Below, one piece after another: positions 1 to 9,594 of a stretch of DNA of 64,000 bases. This stretch comes from Terriglobia bacterium. GTDB lineage: Bacteria > Acidobacteriota > Terriglobia > 20CM-2-55-15. The notes below the pieces were generated by a model that was given only the letters and a program-made list of their open reading frames with translations, was not told the origin of the DNA and did not search any database. A program made the translations under genes and the position numbers. The DNA lies in assembly GCA_965218585.1 (NCBI GenBank), contig CBDCLE010000025.1, forward strand, positions 133,390 through 197,389, written 5' to 3'. Numbering within the stretch: position 1 is the stretch's first letter; each line of letters starts with the position of its first letter.

Positions 1-356
1 AAAACCGATTCCGCTATCTGATATCCAATCTTGAGAACTGGATTCAGCGCTGTCATAGGCTCCTGAAAGATCATTGCAACCTTGGCGCCACGCCACTTTC
101 TCATCTCCGTGGGATCCAGCTTGAGGACATCCTGACCGTCGAGCAGAATCTCTCCGCCCACAACCCGCCCCGGTCGGTCGATGAGTCGGGCGATCGACAA
201 CGCAGTGACGCTCTTGCCGGAGCCACTCTCACCCACCAGCCCAAGCGTCTTACCGCAGCCGATGGAGAACGACACCTCATCGACCGCCTTGACCACACCA
301 TGATCTGTAAAGAAGTGCGTCTTCAGGTTTCGAACTTCGAGAACGTTGGAACTCAA
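1..356 (-). CDS. Oligopeptide/dipeptide ABC transporter ATP-binding protein (OppD/DppD family), runs off window edge
   Basis: Manual translation from TTG at 356 (GAGGTG RBS): [15 protein letters not shown]...VKAVDEVSF...[16 protein letters not shown] (Walker A)...[13 protein letters not shown]. Not in the ORF track. Confidence 0.92.
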   Translation of the reverse strand, partial: MSSNVLEVRNLKTHFFTDHGVVKAVDEVSFSIGCGKTLGLVGESGSGKSVTALSIARLIDRPGRVVGGEILLDGQDVLKLDPTEMRKWRGAKVAMIFQEPMTALNPVLKIGYQIAESV

Positions 357-520
357 ACTTTCATCACCTCATGTTTAACCGTCCGATCGTCGGAAATGCT
401 AGCACATACAGCTAGTGGGCTTTGCAAGGTCATTCTGTGGCAGAGAGCAGTTGAGGCGCCGCGGGAACAAGGAGTTCGAAGCGACGCCGTGCCCGCGGAT
501 GGATCGGCTGCTCGACCGGC

Positions 521-3355
521 TTAAGACTTACCCATGAGGATGAAGGGAGCCCAATAATATGGGTGGGGAAACTCGGATTTTACGTCTATCGCTGCCTGGC
601 GTAACGCCTCCGGTTTGGACAAACCCTCCAGCAGACCTTCGTAGAAGCGTTTCATCAGAAGAGTCGTCGATCGATCGTTCACCCGCCAGAGGCTGACGAC
701 CAACGAAGGCGTTCCCGCATAAAGAAAACCCCGGGTCAGGCCCAACAGTTCATCGCCTTCGTAGAGGGCACTCATGCCTGTTTCGCAGGCACTCAATGTT
801 GTCAGTTCGGCTCCAAGTTTCAGGTTGAAGATGTCTACCAGATTGAGCCAGTCATCTCCCAGCTTCAACGATGAGAACATTGGGTTGTCGGCGCGGAACA
901 CACCGTGTGCAGCGATGTGGAGCTTGCCCGCATCCCCGCCGAACTCCCTGAGTCGCTCCACGCTGGCCTCCTCCCCGACAAACACACGCGCATTCGGCAA
1001 TAGTTCGCGTAGGACCTCGGCTTCATCTCTAATGGCTGGCGTGGCCGCATCGGGGGCGGCCAGAACCAGATCCGCTCCTGCCTTCCCCACTGTCTTCGCA
1101 CGGCAAATCTTCAACACAGAGGTGCTCGCGCTGTAGACCAGGTCGTGGCTGTCCACAACGTACCTAGCCCCGTCGTAAAGTGCCTGGAAAGGAACATAGT
1201 GCAATACCTGATGGGGGATGATGACCAGGGACTGCCCGGAGAGCCATTCCTCCAGCGGTACCAGAAGCATCTGGTACAAGTCCTGCAGATGATGTCGGAC
1301 GGCACGAAGCAGAAGTTGACCGTGATCTTTGATGTAGTCGTCGCTCAGATGAAACTTTGAAAGCTGGAAGTTCAAGCCCTTCAGGCACGCGCGCACGGCA
1401 CCGGGTTCGGCAAGGTCGTTCACGAAATGGAATCCGTCGCGACCGATCACAAACGCACAGAACCGATCGTGAACCGTGTAGTACTCGATGAGCACTTCGT
1501 TTTCCGACAGAATTCCCTGGACCTCTTCGACCGAAGGCATGGACATCGTCTCGAGACTCTCCCATCCCTCCCTCTCCGAACCGGCTTCTCGGAGAAGAGA
1601 GATCATTTCCTGCTCACGTTCGGAGATCTCTTTTTGAATCGCCTTGTCTGCGGCCAGAGCACTCACGGTCGTGCCGACCTGGGACAGCCGGCTGTAAAGT
1701 CCGTTCAAATCCTGACGGAGCTTTTTGATCGCCAATTGTTTCGGGTTCGATTCGTCCGACTGCCAGAGCGTATCGGTGTTCCGCTCAAGGAGATCGATCA
1801 AAGTCCGGGACTTCGACCGTTCCACAAACTCGAAGGCTTCTTCGGGCCGACCCGCCTGGATTTTCAGCCCGACCAGATTTTCGTAAACCTGATACTTGTC
1901 CTTACCAAAGGACATGCGGAACTCGTCGAGTTGGATGTTCCCACGCAAGGACTCCATCTCTTCGATCGCTTTTCTGTAGAGGCGCTCGGCCTCGAGGGCG
2001 TCTCCTTTGGCCGTATGGAGAGTTCCGAGAAGGTCATAGCATTGATAGGAGACCCACCTGGCGTGGTAGCCCGATAGATTGTCGAGCGCATGATTCGCCT
2101 CATCGATCGCCTCGTTCCCACGCCCCTGCTCGCGCAGGCTGTCTGCCAGCGTTATCCGAGCATAGGCACCACGGACCATCAACTCCTCTGCCTCAAAGGC
2201 CTCCGCAGACGATGACGCCAGCGTCTGGGCCGCGGGAAAGTCTCCCTTTCGCTGCAGAATCTTGGCCAGTTGCAGATCCACGCCTGCAGCCTCGACCGCT
2301 TTACCGAGATCTTGAAACATTTCGACTGCGCGGCGGAAACTCTCCTCCGCCGCTCGAGTCTCTCCGCGCTCGGATTGTGCTATGCCAACCAGCGCGAGAC
2401 ATTCGGCTGCTTCGGCGGGACTGGAGTTCTGTTCGAAAAACGCCTGGGCGGTCTCGGCCAAATCTGCGGCCTCTTGTGAGAGATTCAGCTGGAGGTATAT
2501 TGCGGCACGCTGGAGATCGCACAGGGCCAGACGGCGGTCGTCTTCCTGATCACGGTAACGCGGACGAACCTTTTCAAGACTGCGAAGGGCCTCGGAATAA
2601 CTTCCACGTTTGAAATAGAGGTTTGCGATGTTCTTGTCCAGAATGTCGAACCAAAGGCCAATCTCGTGCCGGACGCAGTACTCGCGAGCGGTCTCGTAGC
2701 TTTGGATCGCTTCGTCGAATCGATTCAATTCGGTCAGCGCTTCGGCCCGGTTCATTTCGACCGCCACAACCACGATGTACTGCTCGTTCACCTCCGCTGC
2801 TTCATGCGCGAGAGCGTATTCCTCTAAGGAATCCTTGAATCGACCGAGTCGATAGGACAAGTTGCCAAGGGCAACGTGAACTCTGGGCAGATACTCCTCG
2901 TCCTCGACGGCCTCGAGCTGATCCCTGGCTTCCTCGGCAAGACCGCGGGCTCGATCAAATTCACCCAGCGACATCAAGTTCTCTGACTGAGAAACAAGGG
3001 TTCGTCCCAGCTCCCGGCCTGCACCGGCTTCAGTGAATAAGGTTCTGGCTTTCTCGTAGAAGGGTTGCGCCTGGGCCGCTTTCCGCATGTTCATGAACAC
3101 GTGGGCCTGACATTGATGCGCGAAACCGGCAGCCAAAGGCGTGCCCAGTTCGGACGCGAGCAGTAGATTCGTTTCAGCGAGAGCTTCCGCGAGTTGGCGG
3201 TCCTTGGGAAGCCATTCCCGAATCCGCGCAGAGAGCTCTTCGATTAGTTCTTGGGAGAGAGGGAATTCACTGTCGGCGACAAACGCACGCTGCCCCACCA
3301 CATCACGAACCTGGACCAATGCATCCAGGAATTCCTGAACCGAGGAGGGTTTCAC
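521..3355 (-). CDS. TPR-CHAT domain protein (caspase-like C50/HetF protease)
   Basis: About 500 aa of TPR-like helical repeats, then ERSKSRTL, IIPHQVLHYVPFQAL, catalytic His motif LHIAAHG, catalytic Cys motif LSACETG, and C-terminal HPYYWAPFILMG. Confidence 0.93.
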   Translation of the reverse strand: MKPSSVQEFLDALVQVRDVVGQRAFVADSEFPLSQELIEELSARIREWLPKDRQLAEALAETNLLLASELGTPLAAGFAHQCQAHVFMNMRKAAQAQPFYEKARTLFTEAGAGRELGRTLVSQSENLMSLGEFDRARGLAEEARDQLEAVEDEEYLPRVHVALGNLSYRLGRFKDSLEEYALAHEAAEVNEQYIVVVAVEMNRAEALTELNRFDEAIQSYETAREYCVRHEIGLWFDILDKNIANLYFKRGSYSEALRSLEKVRPRYRDQEDDRRLALCDLQRAAIYLQLNLSQEAADLAETAQAFFEQNSSPAEAAECLALVGIAQSERGETRAAEESFRRAVEMFQDLGKAVEAAGVDLQLAKILQRKGDFPAAQTLASSSAEAFEAEELMVRGAYARITLADSLREQGRGNEAIDEANHALDNLSGYHARWVSYQCYDLLGTLHTAKGDALEAERLYRKAIEEMESLRGNIQLDEFRMSFGKDKYQVYENLVGLKIQAGRPEEAFEFVERSKSRTLIDLLERNTDTLWQSDESNPKQLAIKKLRQDLNGLYSRLSQVGTTVSALAADKAIQKEISEREQEMISLLREAGSEREGWESLETMSMPSVEEVQGILSENEVLIEYYTVHDRFCAFVIGRDGFHFVNDLAEPGAVRACLKGLNFQLSKFHLSDDYIKDHGQLLLRAVRHHLQDLYQMLLVPLEEWLSGQSLVIIPHQVLHYVPFQALYDGARYVVDSHDLVYSASTSVLKICRAKTVGKAGADLVLAAPDAATPAIRDEAEVLRELLPNARVFVGEEASVERLREFGGDAGKLHIAAHGVFRADNPMFSSLKLGDDWLNLVDIFNLKLGAELTTLSACETGMSALYEGDELLGLTRGFLYAGTPSLVVSLWRVNDRSTTLLMKRFYEGLLEGLSKPEALRQAAIDVKSEFPHPYYWAPFILMGKS

Positions 3356-3449
3356 GGTAAGTCGCTTCCTGCTTTCTAACTACGCGTTCTTCCTTTACGC
3401 GTTATTTCTACGTGACTCCGAATTCCCCTCCTGAAAAGGTGTAGGAAAC

Positions 3450-4067
3450 TTAGCCCAGGATCGGATCCCGGCGATGCACGCAGAAGAGTGTCACCTGCCC
3501 ATCCGGCAGGTCCATGGACAGATGATAAGTGTCCTGAGGAACTTCGTCGAACGAAAACTCGCCCACAGGGTTCGTCTGAGTCCGGTAGCGGGTCACTCCA
3601 TGGGACTCCAACCTTACGGGTGTGTTTTCAAAGAAACTCTCCGATTCTGACAGTACCTGGCCGGCCAGAGATACGCGTTCGTCTCCCGCTTCGATCCGGA
3701 CATCGACGTCCACTTCGCCAGCCCGGAAAAGAAGCTGCCTCGGCACACTGCCAACGTGGCGGATACCTACCGGTGCCGGCTGTTCGAAGCTGTCAAAGAC
3801 GAGCTTGGCAACACGGAGCACCTTGCTGACCTTGCCCTCAGCGGGACTGAGGACAGGCTGGAACAGTTGAATACCCCACTCTAGGAGTTCTGCCGGGGGC
3901 TCGTTGGCTGAATCGTTATTCAGAAAACTCAGCAATTCACTGAATTCATCTGCCTTACTCTGGCACTTCTCGCACGTACTCAAGTGCTGATTCACCGCTT
4001 CAAGACTGGTGTCATCTGCTTTGTTTTCAATTTGATCGATGAGGGTTTCAACTGTTAGATGGCGCAT
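3450..4067 (-). CDS. Soluble zinc-finger (ZAS) anti-sigma-like protein with C-terminal beta-sandwich (carboxypeptidase-regulatory-like) domain
   Basis: N-terminal MRHL...HLSTCEKC (HxxxCxxC); C-terminal TNPVGEFSFDEVPQDTYHLS; no TM helix; lies between the ECF sigma and CHAT genes. Confidence 0.7.
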   Translation of the reverse strand: MRHLTVETLIDQIENKADDTSLEAVNQHLSTCEKCQSKADEFSELLSFLNNDSANEPPAELLEWGIQLFQPVLSPAEGKVSKVLRVAKLVFDSFEQPAPVGIRHVGSVPRQLLFRAGEVDVDVRIEAGDERVSLAGQVLSESESFFENTPVRLESHGVTRYRTQTNPVGEFSFDEVPQDTYHLSMDLPDGQVTLFCVHRRDPILG

Positions 4068-4313
4068 CGTGATCTCCGTATCCTGGTTTTTAGGTCCCCA
4101 ATTATGTCTGAAGACCCATCGGACGTGTCCCTACGTCTTCATAACAGTAGAGTCATCCGCATCTGTGGAAATACACAGAAAGTCCAGAGCCTCCGCGCTT
4201 CGCGCCGGACCAATACCATCTACTGGATGCCCTTTCGACGAAGCATCGTACGGAGTTTCTCCGGTGATTATACACTTGACGAACCCTCATAAGGTGCGGC
4301 ATGATTTTAGATC

Positions 4314-5237
4314 ATGCAAGGGATTCGTCGGTTTCTGCGAGAAACGGAATGGAGTATCAGCTTGGCCGATTACGCCAGGTCTGCTGTTGGGGGCAGCGTC
4401 ATGGCTGCACTGATATCTTGGCTTCGAGAGCTTTCACTGTTTTGGGGCACTGTAGTTACGATAGGCGCAGGGGTAGTGACTGGGCTAGTGATTTTTTCGT
4501 TTTCGCTGTGGAGGCAGTACAGGGGATGGAAGCTGGATCGCCCAGAGGATGTCATGGTAAAGGAAGTTCCGGAATCTAGGGAGTACAGCGAATTCAAAAA
4601 GCAGAAGGATGAACTTGAAAAACGTCTAAGCACCGTCTCTTCCGAATATGATAGCTATAAGAAAGACACTGAGGATCGGAAGAAGAAAGAACTGGATGGG
4701 TTGAATACTCTTCTTGCGACCGTAGAAGAAAGAGCAAGGCTTCTTGAGGATCAATGCGACGGATACAAGCAACTGGCCGACGAAAATAAGCAGCTATCCG
4801 AAGACAGGGAGAAGGAGCTATCCGGTCTTCGTGGCGCATATGAGGCCCTGAGGGAGAGATACGGAAAGGCTATTCTGTGGGTAAGCGGAAGGACGTTTGA
4901 GTCCCGTAACCTATCTGTGGCGGTTCAGCACGTCAACATTGATGACGTTGAGCTTGCAAAGATAATACGGGGGCTTCTCGCATCACAATTACAGGTTGGC
5001 TCGATGGCCAATGAAAATTACGAAGTCAAGCACATTCTTCTCCCATTTAGCAACCCGAGCAGCGATGCCAGAATTGTGATCTTCTCTGATGATGAAGTTG
5101 GCGGTAGCGTCAAAGATGCGTTCAACGGATACAACTTAATAGACGAGAAAGTAGCACGGTTTGATCGGAGTTTCGCGGATGGAAATGTCCCTAACGTAGA
5201 TATCGCTGTCATTGTGTTCCCGGAACGAACCAAGTGA
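4314..5237 (+). CDS. IS passenger protein: two N-terminal TM helices, coiled coil, C-terminal alpha/beta domain; function unknown
   Basis: 307-aa ORF inside the TIRs, visibly lower GC than the host genes, hydrophobic N-terminus, E/K/L heptad region. Confidence 0.75.
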   Translation: MQGIRRFLRETEWSISLADYARSAVGGSVMAALISWLRELSLFWGTVVTIGAGVVTGLVIFSFSLWRQYRGWKLDRPEDVMVKEVPESREYSEFKKQKDELEKRLSTVSSEYDSYKKDTEDRKKKELDGLNTLLATVEERARLLEDQCDGYKQLADENKQLSEDREKELSGLRGAYEALRERYGKAILWVSGRTFESRNLSVAVQHVNIDDVELAKIIRGLLASQLQVGSMANENYEVKHILLPFSNPSSDARIVIFSDDEVGGSVKDAFNGYNLIDEKVARFDRSFADGNVPNVDIAVIVFPERTK

Positions 5238-5251
5238 TGGATGCCCCAATG

Positions 5252-6145
5252 TTACGCGACCAATTCTTTGTAGGTGAGGCTGTCGGTGTTGACGATGCGC
5301 TTGAGGGTGTCCCTGAAAATGTGGCGGTTGTCGCGGTTGTTGAACCTCCACTCCAGTTCTTCGAGGTAACGGTCAAGATGCTTCGCACTGATCTTGTGAA
5401 ACGATCCGACGATGGATCGCTTGAAAAGCGACCATACGCCCTCGATCCCGTTGGTATGAACGGCGCCGACAACCCACTCCTCTGCGGAGTGGTTGACCGT
5501 CTCATGGCGCGTGTCGTGATCCGCGATCCCCAAGTAAGACTTCAGTTCGTCGGTGTAGATCGCTTCGGCCTCGTCCTTTACCGTGCGGCTGATGAAGTCG
5601 TGCAGAGTGTGACGCCGCACGTCAGGAATGCGCTCAAGCCGAACCTTGCCCCCGCGCTGGATCGCGCCAGCAACCCAAGTTTTGTTTTTGCGGGAACCAC
5701 GGCCTACACCCTTCGCCTTGCCGCCCACAAGGGTTTCGTCCACTTCCACGATCCCGAACAGTGTGGGGCCGTCAAAGCTGTCGTTCCCCATTGCTTCCCT
5801 GATGCGGTGACAGAGATACCATGCCGTGCGGTAGGCCACGCCCAGCGTCCGACTAAGCTGGTTCGCCGACATGCCTTTCTTCGATTCGCACATGAGGTAG
5901 ATTGCGAAAAACCATTTACGGATCGGCAGGTGGGAGTCGTGCATGATCGTTCCCGAAGTCACCGTGAACTGATGCTTGCAGGATCGGCACTTGAACTTAT
6001 GCTTCACAGGAAGCTCGAACACGTTCATATCGCCGCAGCGCACACATGCAACTCCTCTCGGCCACCGCAAACCCTCAAGAGCGCGAAGGCACTGTTCGTC
6101 GGAGCTGAATTTGTCCACTAGGGAGAATAGGTTGATGTCAGTCAT
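5252..6145 (-). CDS. IS1595-family DDE transposase
   Basis: Zn ribbon CxxC...CxxC, FTVTSGT, VEVDET, IYTDE, HTNGIEGVWS, HLDRYLEE...RFNNR motifs. Confidence 0.96.
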   Translation of the reverse strand: MTDINLFSLVDKFSSDEQCLRALEGLRWPRGVACVRCGDMNVFELPVKHKFKCRSCKHQFTVTSGTIMHDSHLPIRKWFFAIYLMCESKKGMSANQLSRTLGVAYRTAWYLCHRIREAMGNDSFDGPTLFGIVEVDETLVGGKAKGVGRGSRKNKTWVAGAIQRGGKVRLERIPDVRRHTLHDFISRTVKDEAEAIYTDELKSYLGIADHDTRHETVNHSAEEWVVGAVHTNGIEGVWSLFKRSIVGSFHKISAKHLDRYLEELEWRFNNRDNRHIFRDTLKRIVNTDSLTYKELVA

Positions 6146-6296
6146 TGGAAAACCTCAAAAGAAGAAGCGGAAACCATCGCCGCGAAAACGACCGCCAAAG
6201 ATGCTCGAACTGGATGACCACGCGCTCATGGAAAAAATCTTCGGCAAGAGGGTGATGCAGAAGGTCGACGAAATAGTAGAGAGCCGAACTAAATGA
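6135..6296 (+). CDS. Small basic ORF inside IS1595, divergent from the transposase
   Basis: MSVIGKPQKKKRKPSPRKRPPKMLELDDHALMEKIFGKRV...; fills the space up to the right TIR. Confidence 0.4.
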   Translation: MSVIGKPQKKKRKPSPRKRPPKMLELDDHALMEKIFGKRVMQKVDEIVESRTK

Positions 6297-6903
6297 CTGT
6301 AACCATGCGTCTTTCCAACCATGAAAAGAAGTTTAGCATGGCTGATACTGGTTCGTCAAGTGTATAATCACCGTTTCTCCAGACAGCGGGCTCGTGTCGG
6401 GCCGATACTTGCGACGGGCATCTTGAGCTTCTCGCTGATTTCAGCATAGCCAGGTTCTGTCTGGTCCAGATAGAGAAGTTCCAGCAACTTCCGGCAGCGT
6501 TCCGCCATCTCACCTATCGCCTCTCGGGCTTTCTGCTCCCTGTCTGAACGTATCCTCGTCTCCTCACTCGTCTCAGTGGGGTCGGGGGTTTCCTCCATAC
6601 CTTCTTCGTCGGACAGATCCCGGTGCTTCATCGACCGGATGTGAATGCAGTGACGGGTCGTCGTTGTAATCAGCCAGGAGCTGACCTTCGATTCATCCTT
6701 CAGATCCTGAAGATGCTCGATCAGCTTGACACAAACCGTTTGAAAAACGTCGTTACAATCTGAAGGAGGAAAACCGAACTTGTTTGGAATAGAAAATATC
6801 AGACGACGATATCGGGTAATGAGCGTTTCCCACGCCATCGACTCGCCCTCCAGACACCGCCGGACGAGCTCAGGGTCGGTCAGGTTCTTGTAGGCATCGG
6901 GCT

Positions 6904-7155
6904 TCATTTCTGAATCTTCCTGGCCTTCCAAAAGTTATGAAGCCCAAAACCCAGCATGGAAACTGTGAAGATGACGGCTAGGCCAACGCGCCAGACACCA
7001 CTGTCAGAATCCGCTGCCCAACGCTGGTACTCTTGAACGACGCTCGTACCCCCAATGATGGCCAGGGCGAGGAAGAACCCGCCGACTACTTCAAGCGCCA
7101 GCGTGTGCGCTACCCGAAATGCATCCTTGAAAGCGGTTCTGAATCTACCGGCCAT
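6904..7155 (-). CDS. Small two-TM membrane protein
   Basis: 83 aa, two hydrophobic segments; stop overlaps the probable sigma ATG at 6907. Confidence 0.65.
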   Translation of the reverse strand: MAGRFRTAFKDAFRVAHTLALEVVGGFFLALAIIGGTSVVQEYQRWAADSDSGVWRVGLAVIFTVSMLGFGLHNFWKARKIQK

Positions 7156-7294
7156 AAGAGTGGATTTCCTACCCTATCACCTCCATCGCGGCGCTGCGAC
7201 GGTCACCCATGTGAATATCGGATGGCACTGGGACCTAATTCTACACGGTCGGAAAATCTGAGCTTAACCACTCGACGACAACCTCAAGAAGCTG

Positions 7295-7561
7295 ATGAAG
7301 GATTTGGGCGAGGCGATCAACGACGCCCTATCCGATTCCACGGGAATCAGCGAAGCGATCCAAAATGTCCGGGACTCCGGATACGATGTATATCTGGTTC
7401 TGGAAGCCACCATCGGATTCAACCGGCAGGCAAAGGAAGGCGACGCGGAAGACGAAGAAGAGGGCGTCATGCGAAGTGAGATTCAACTCCAGGTTAACGC
7501 TCAGGATATGAAGTTTCTCAAGTCCCTGAAAATCAAGGTTGATGACCTGGATAGTCCATAA
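7295..7561 (+). CDS. Conserved acidic hypothetical protein
   Basis: MKDLGEAINDALS...GYDVYLVLEATIGFN...DMKFLKSLKI; coding-like composition, resembles an acidobacterial family from recall. Confidence 0.7.
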   Translation: MKDLGEAINDALSDSTGISEAIQNVRDSGYDVYLVLEATIGFNRQAKEGDAEDEEEGVMRSEIQLQVNAQDMKFLKSLKIKVDDLDSP

Positions 7562-8552
7562 CCTCCATCTGACCCATCATTTCCAGCACTTCATCGACCT
7601 GAACATCCTCTACTGAGTCCTTCTTGATGTATCGGTCCTTGCTGCCCCGGGGCCTGTAGTGCTCAGGCAGACTGCTACTGAAAATCCCCAGAGTCGGGAC
7701 GCCTAACGCGGAACCCATATGCATAGGACCCGAATCGTTACTGAGGAGAAGGTCGGCTTGGACAATTACCGCAGCCATCTCCTGAATACCGAGACCGATC
7801 AGAATCTCGGCCCGGGCTCCGCTCCCGGCACCTACCTGCCGGGCGATCGAGCGCTCTGCATCCGAAAAGCCCGACAGAATAAGGACCGTAGCATCCCATT
7901 TGGCCACGACGCGTGAAACCAGAGCAGCAAATCTGGAGGCGGGCCAGCGGCGTTGGGAAACGGACGCACCCACATAGACGACAACGACCGGTCGGCCATC
8001 GTTCTGGCTCTGGATCGGCACGCGGACGTCAGGATTCACCTCAATTACGGGAGATTCAACAACCGAATCCGGACCGACGCCGGGGACATGTTCGACGACT
8101 TTCTGAAACATGTCCGCTACATGGAGATTCTTGTCTTCCAGAGCGGGTGTCAGATTGAAACAGAAGGGAAAGTATGCACGGTCTGCCCGTTTCATGCCCA
8201 ACCGGTAACGTGCCCCCGATAGCCTCGTCAGCAGGTTCGTCTCCCGAAAACTGTGGAAGTCCACAACGAGGTCAAATTGGCGGGACCTCAAGTCACCAAT
8301 GAGTCGCCAGATGTCCCGAATGGCCTCGAGCGGAGGACCATCTCGCATCCGAAGCCGGTCTACAGAGATCACTTCGTCTATGTAAGGACAGAGTTCGGCA
8401 ACCGGGGCCGCGCGGCTTCCAGTAGCCAGCGTCAATCGGGCTCCGTTAAAACTACCCTTCAAACGCGCAAGAGCGGAAAGAAGAAGGACAACGTCGCCAA
8501 TCCGGGCGAAACGGATAGCCAGGATGTTGGAGATCCCGGAAAGAGGCGTCAC
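7533..8552 (-). CDS. Glycosyltransferase family 9 (ADP-heptose:LPS heptosyltransferase-like)
   Basis: RIGDVVL, RRWP, SNDSGPMHMGSALGVPTLGIF motifs; GTG at 8552 overlaps the upstream stop. Confidence 0.9.
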   Translation of the reverse strand: MTPLSGISNILAIRFARIGDVVLLLSALARLKGSFNGARLTLATGSRAAPVAELCPYIDEVISVDRLRMRDGPPLEAIRDIWRLIGDLRSRQFDLVVDFHSFRETNLLTRLSGARYRLGMKRADRAYFPFCFNLTPALEDKNLHVADMFQKVVEHVPGVGPDSVVESPVIEVNPDVRVPIQSQNDGRPVVVVYVGASVSQRRWPASRFAALVSRVVAKWDATVLILSGFSDAERSIARQVGAGSGARAEILIGLGIQEMAAVIVQADLLLSNDSGPMHMGSALGVPTLGIFSSSLPEHYRPRGSKDRYIKKDSVEDVQVDEVLEMMGQMEVMDYPGHQP

Positions 8553-9178
8553 GGAACGATGATCTGGCGTGGTTCTTCCTTCGGCGGTTCGGGCGCCACC
8601 GAGGCCAGCCAATCGAGATATTGTCGGCTTCTCGGGCGACCGCTCGAGCGCGACTCGGCGGTCACCAGCAGAAAATCGATCAATTCAGGAACGTCCGAAA
8701 CCCGCAGGGCGTCATGGGTGGGCCCCTGAGGCTGCATCAAGGCTTCCAGGATAGACTTGATCCGCCGATAAAGGCCCGTCGCCACAGTGTTCCCTTCCGG
8801 AAGCGTCTCATAGTGAATCCCTGTCGCGAGGGTTTTCATCGTGGCTTTAAGGGCTTCGAGCGCTTCGCTCACATCCTTGTCGACCATGCCGGGGGCCCGG
8901 ACCCGCTCCTCCAGAATCGACTGGGCAACGCCGTTGACTGCCGCAGCATTCCGATAAAGAAACTGCTGGTTGAACTTCGCCGTGTGATGGTGAGCGTGGT
9001 GGTGGTGATGCCGGTCCGACTCGAAGGAACGCCCCTTCTTGAGGTGGACGCAATCGCCCGGACAGTCGATTTCGACCTCACGCTTGGTCCCGCAGCAGAT
9101 CGGGCAGATCTTTACCGCCTTTGCAGGACAATGGCGCTTGGCGGTTCGCTGTGAGCAGAGAGGGCACTTCGTCGCCAT
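8549..9178 (-). CDS. Cys/His-rich hypothetical metal-binding protein
   Basis: CPLC...CPA...ICPICCG...IDCPGDCVHL followed by HHHHHAHHH. Confidence 0.75.
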   Translation of the reverse strand: MATKCPLCSQRTAKRHCPAKAVKICPICCGTKREVEIDCPGDCVHLKKGRSFESDRHHHHHAHHHTAKFNQQFLYRNAAAVNGVAQSILEERVRAPGMVDKDVSEALEALKATMKTLATGIHYETLPEGNTVATGLYRRIKSILEALMQPQGPTHDALRVSDVPELIDFLLVTAESRSSGRPRSRQYLDWLASVAPEPPKEEPRQIIVP

Positions 9179-9325
9179 GACTGGGGCGAAGTATAGCACC
9201 TTGCCCCGAGCTCATGGATTGCTCCAATTCCAGTCTGTCTCGGCGAGCTGCGCATTTGACTTTCCCTACGCCCGAACGCGATAATCGTGGACTATGTCTT
9301 TGAAGAGATTGGGGGTGTGTAGCGC

Positions 9326-9529
9326 GTGGCTGAAGTGAGAATACAGGAGGGCGAATCGATTGAGAATGCTCTCCGCCGCTTCAAGCGAAAGGTTCAGCAA
9401 GAGGACATCATAAAACAGGTCAAGAAGCATTCCTTCTACCTGAAACCGGGCGAAAAGAAGAGAATCAAACAGGCTCTTGCGCGAAAGCGGAGCCGTAAGA
9501 AAATACGACGGCGCCCCGAACGCGAATAG
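9326..9529 (+). CDS. rpsU: 30S ribosomal protein S21
   Basis: GESIENALRRFKRKV...KKHSFYLKPGEKKR signature. Confidence 0.97.
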   Translation: MAEVRIQEGESIENALRRFKRKVQQEDIIKQVKKHSFYLKPGEKKRIKQALARKRSRKKIRRRPERE

Positions 9530-9554
9530 CTTCTTGTAAAAACTTAAAAACAAC

Positions 9555-9579
9555 AGGCCCTCGGGATATCCGGGGGCCT
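9555..9579. terminator. Intrinsic (probably bidirectional) terminator
   Basis: Stem AGGCCCTCGG / CCGGGGGCCT between convergent rpsU and the pta-like gene. Confidence 0.7.
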
Positions 9580-9594
9580 ATTATCTTTCCGGCG

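Larger units (their letters stand above)
4263..6372. mobile_element. IS1595-family transporter IS (2110 bp) with passenger gene
   Basis: Perfect 23-bp TIR GGTGATTATACACTTGACGAACC (4263-4285 / 6350-6372); 8-bp TSD GTTTCTCC (4255-4262 / 6373-6380). Confidence 0.96.
4220..6931 (-). pseudogene. ECF sigma-70 factor interrupted near its 3' end by IS1595
   Basis: 6368-6931 has ECF regions 2 and 4 (DVFQTV, SSWLITTT, ASIGPTRARCLEK). The in-frame tail EKLRTMLRRKGIQ* lies on the other side of the IS at 4220-4262. Confidence 0.9.

Noticed and set aside
4130-4180. Possible autoregulated ECF promoter (TGTATT...ACTCT, minus strand) before the anti-sigma gene
   Set aside because: Single instance with no convincing second copy upstream of the sigma gene; cannot be supported here.
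5234-6121. 295-aa plus-strand ORF inside IS1595
   Set aside because: Antisense mirror of the transposase.
6368-6370. TGA ending the sigma ORF as possible selenocysteine readthrough
   Set aside because: The codon lies inside the IS terminal repeat, not at a redox-active position.
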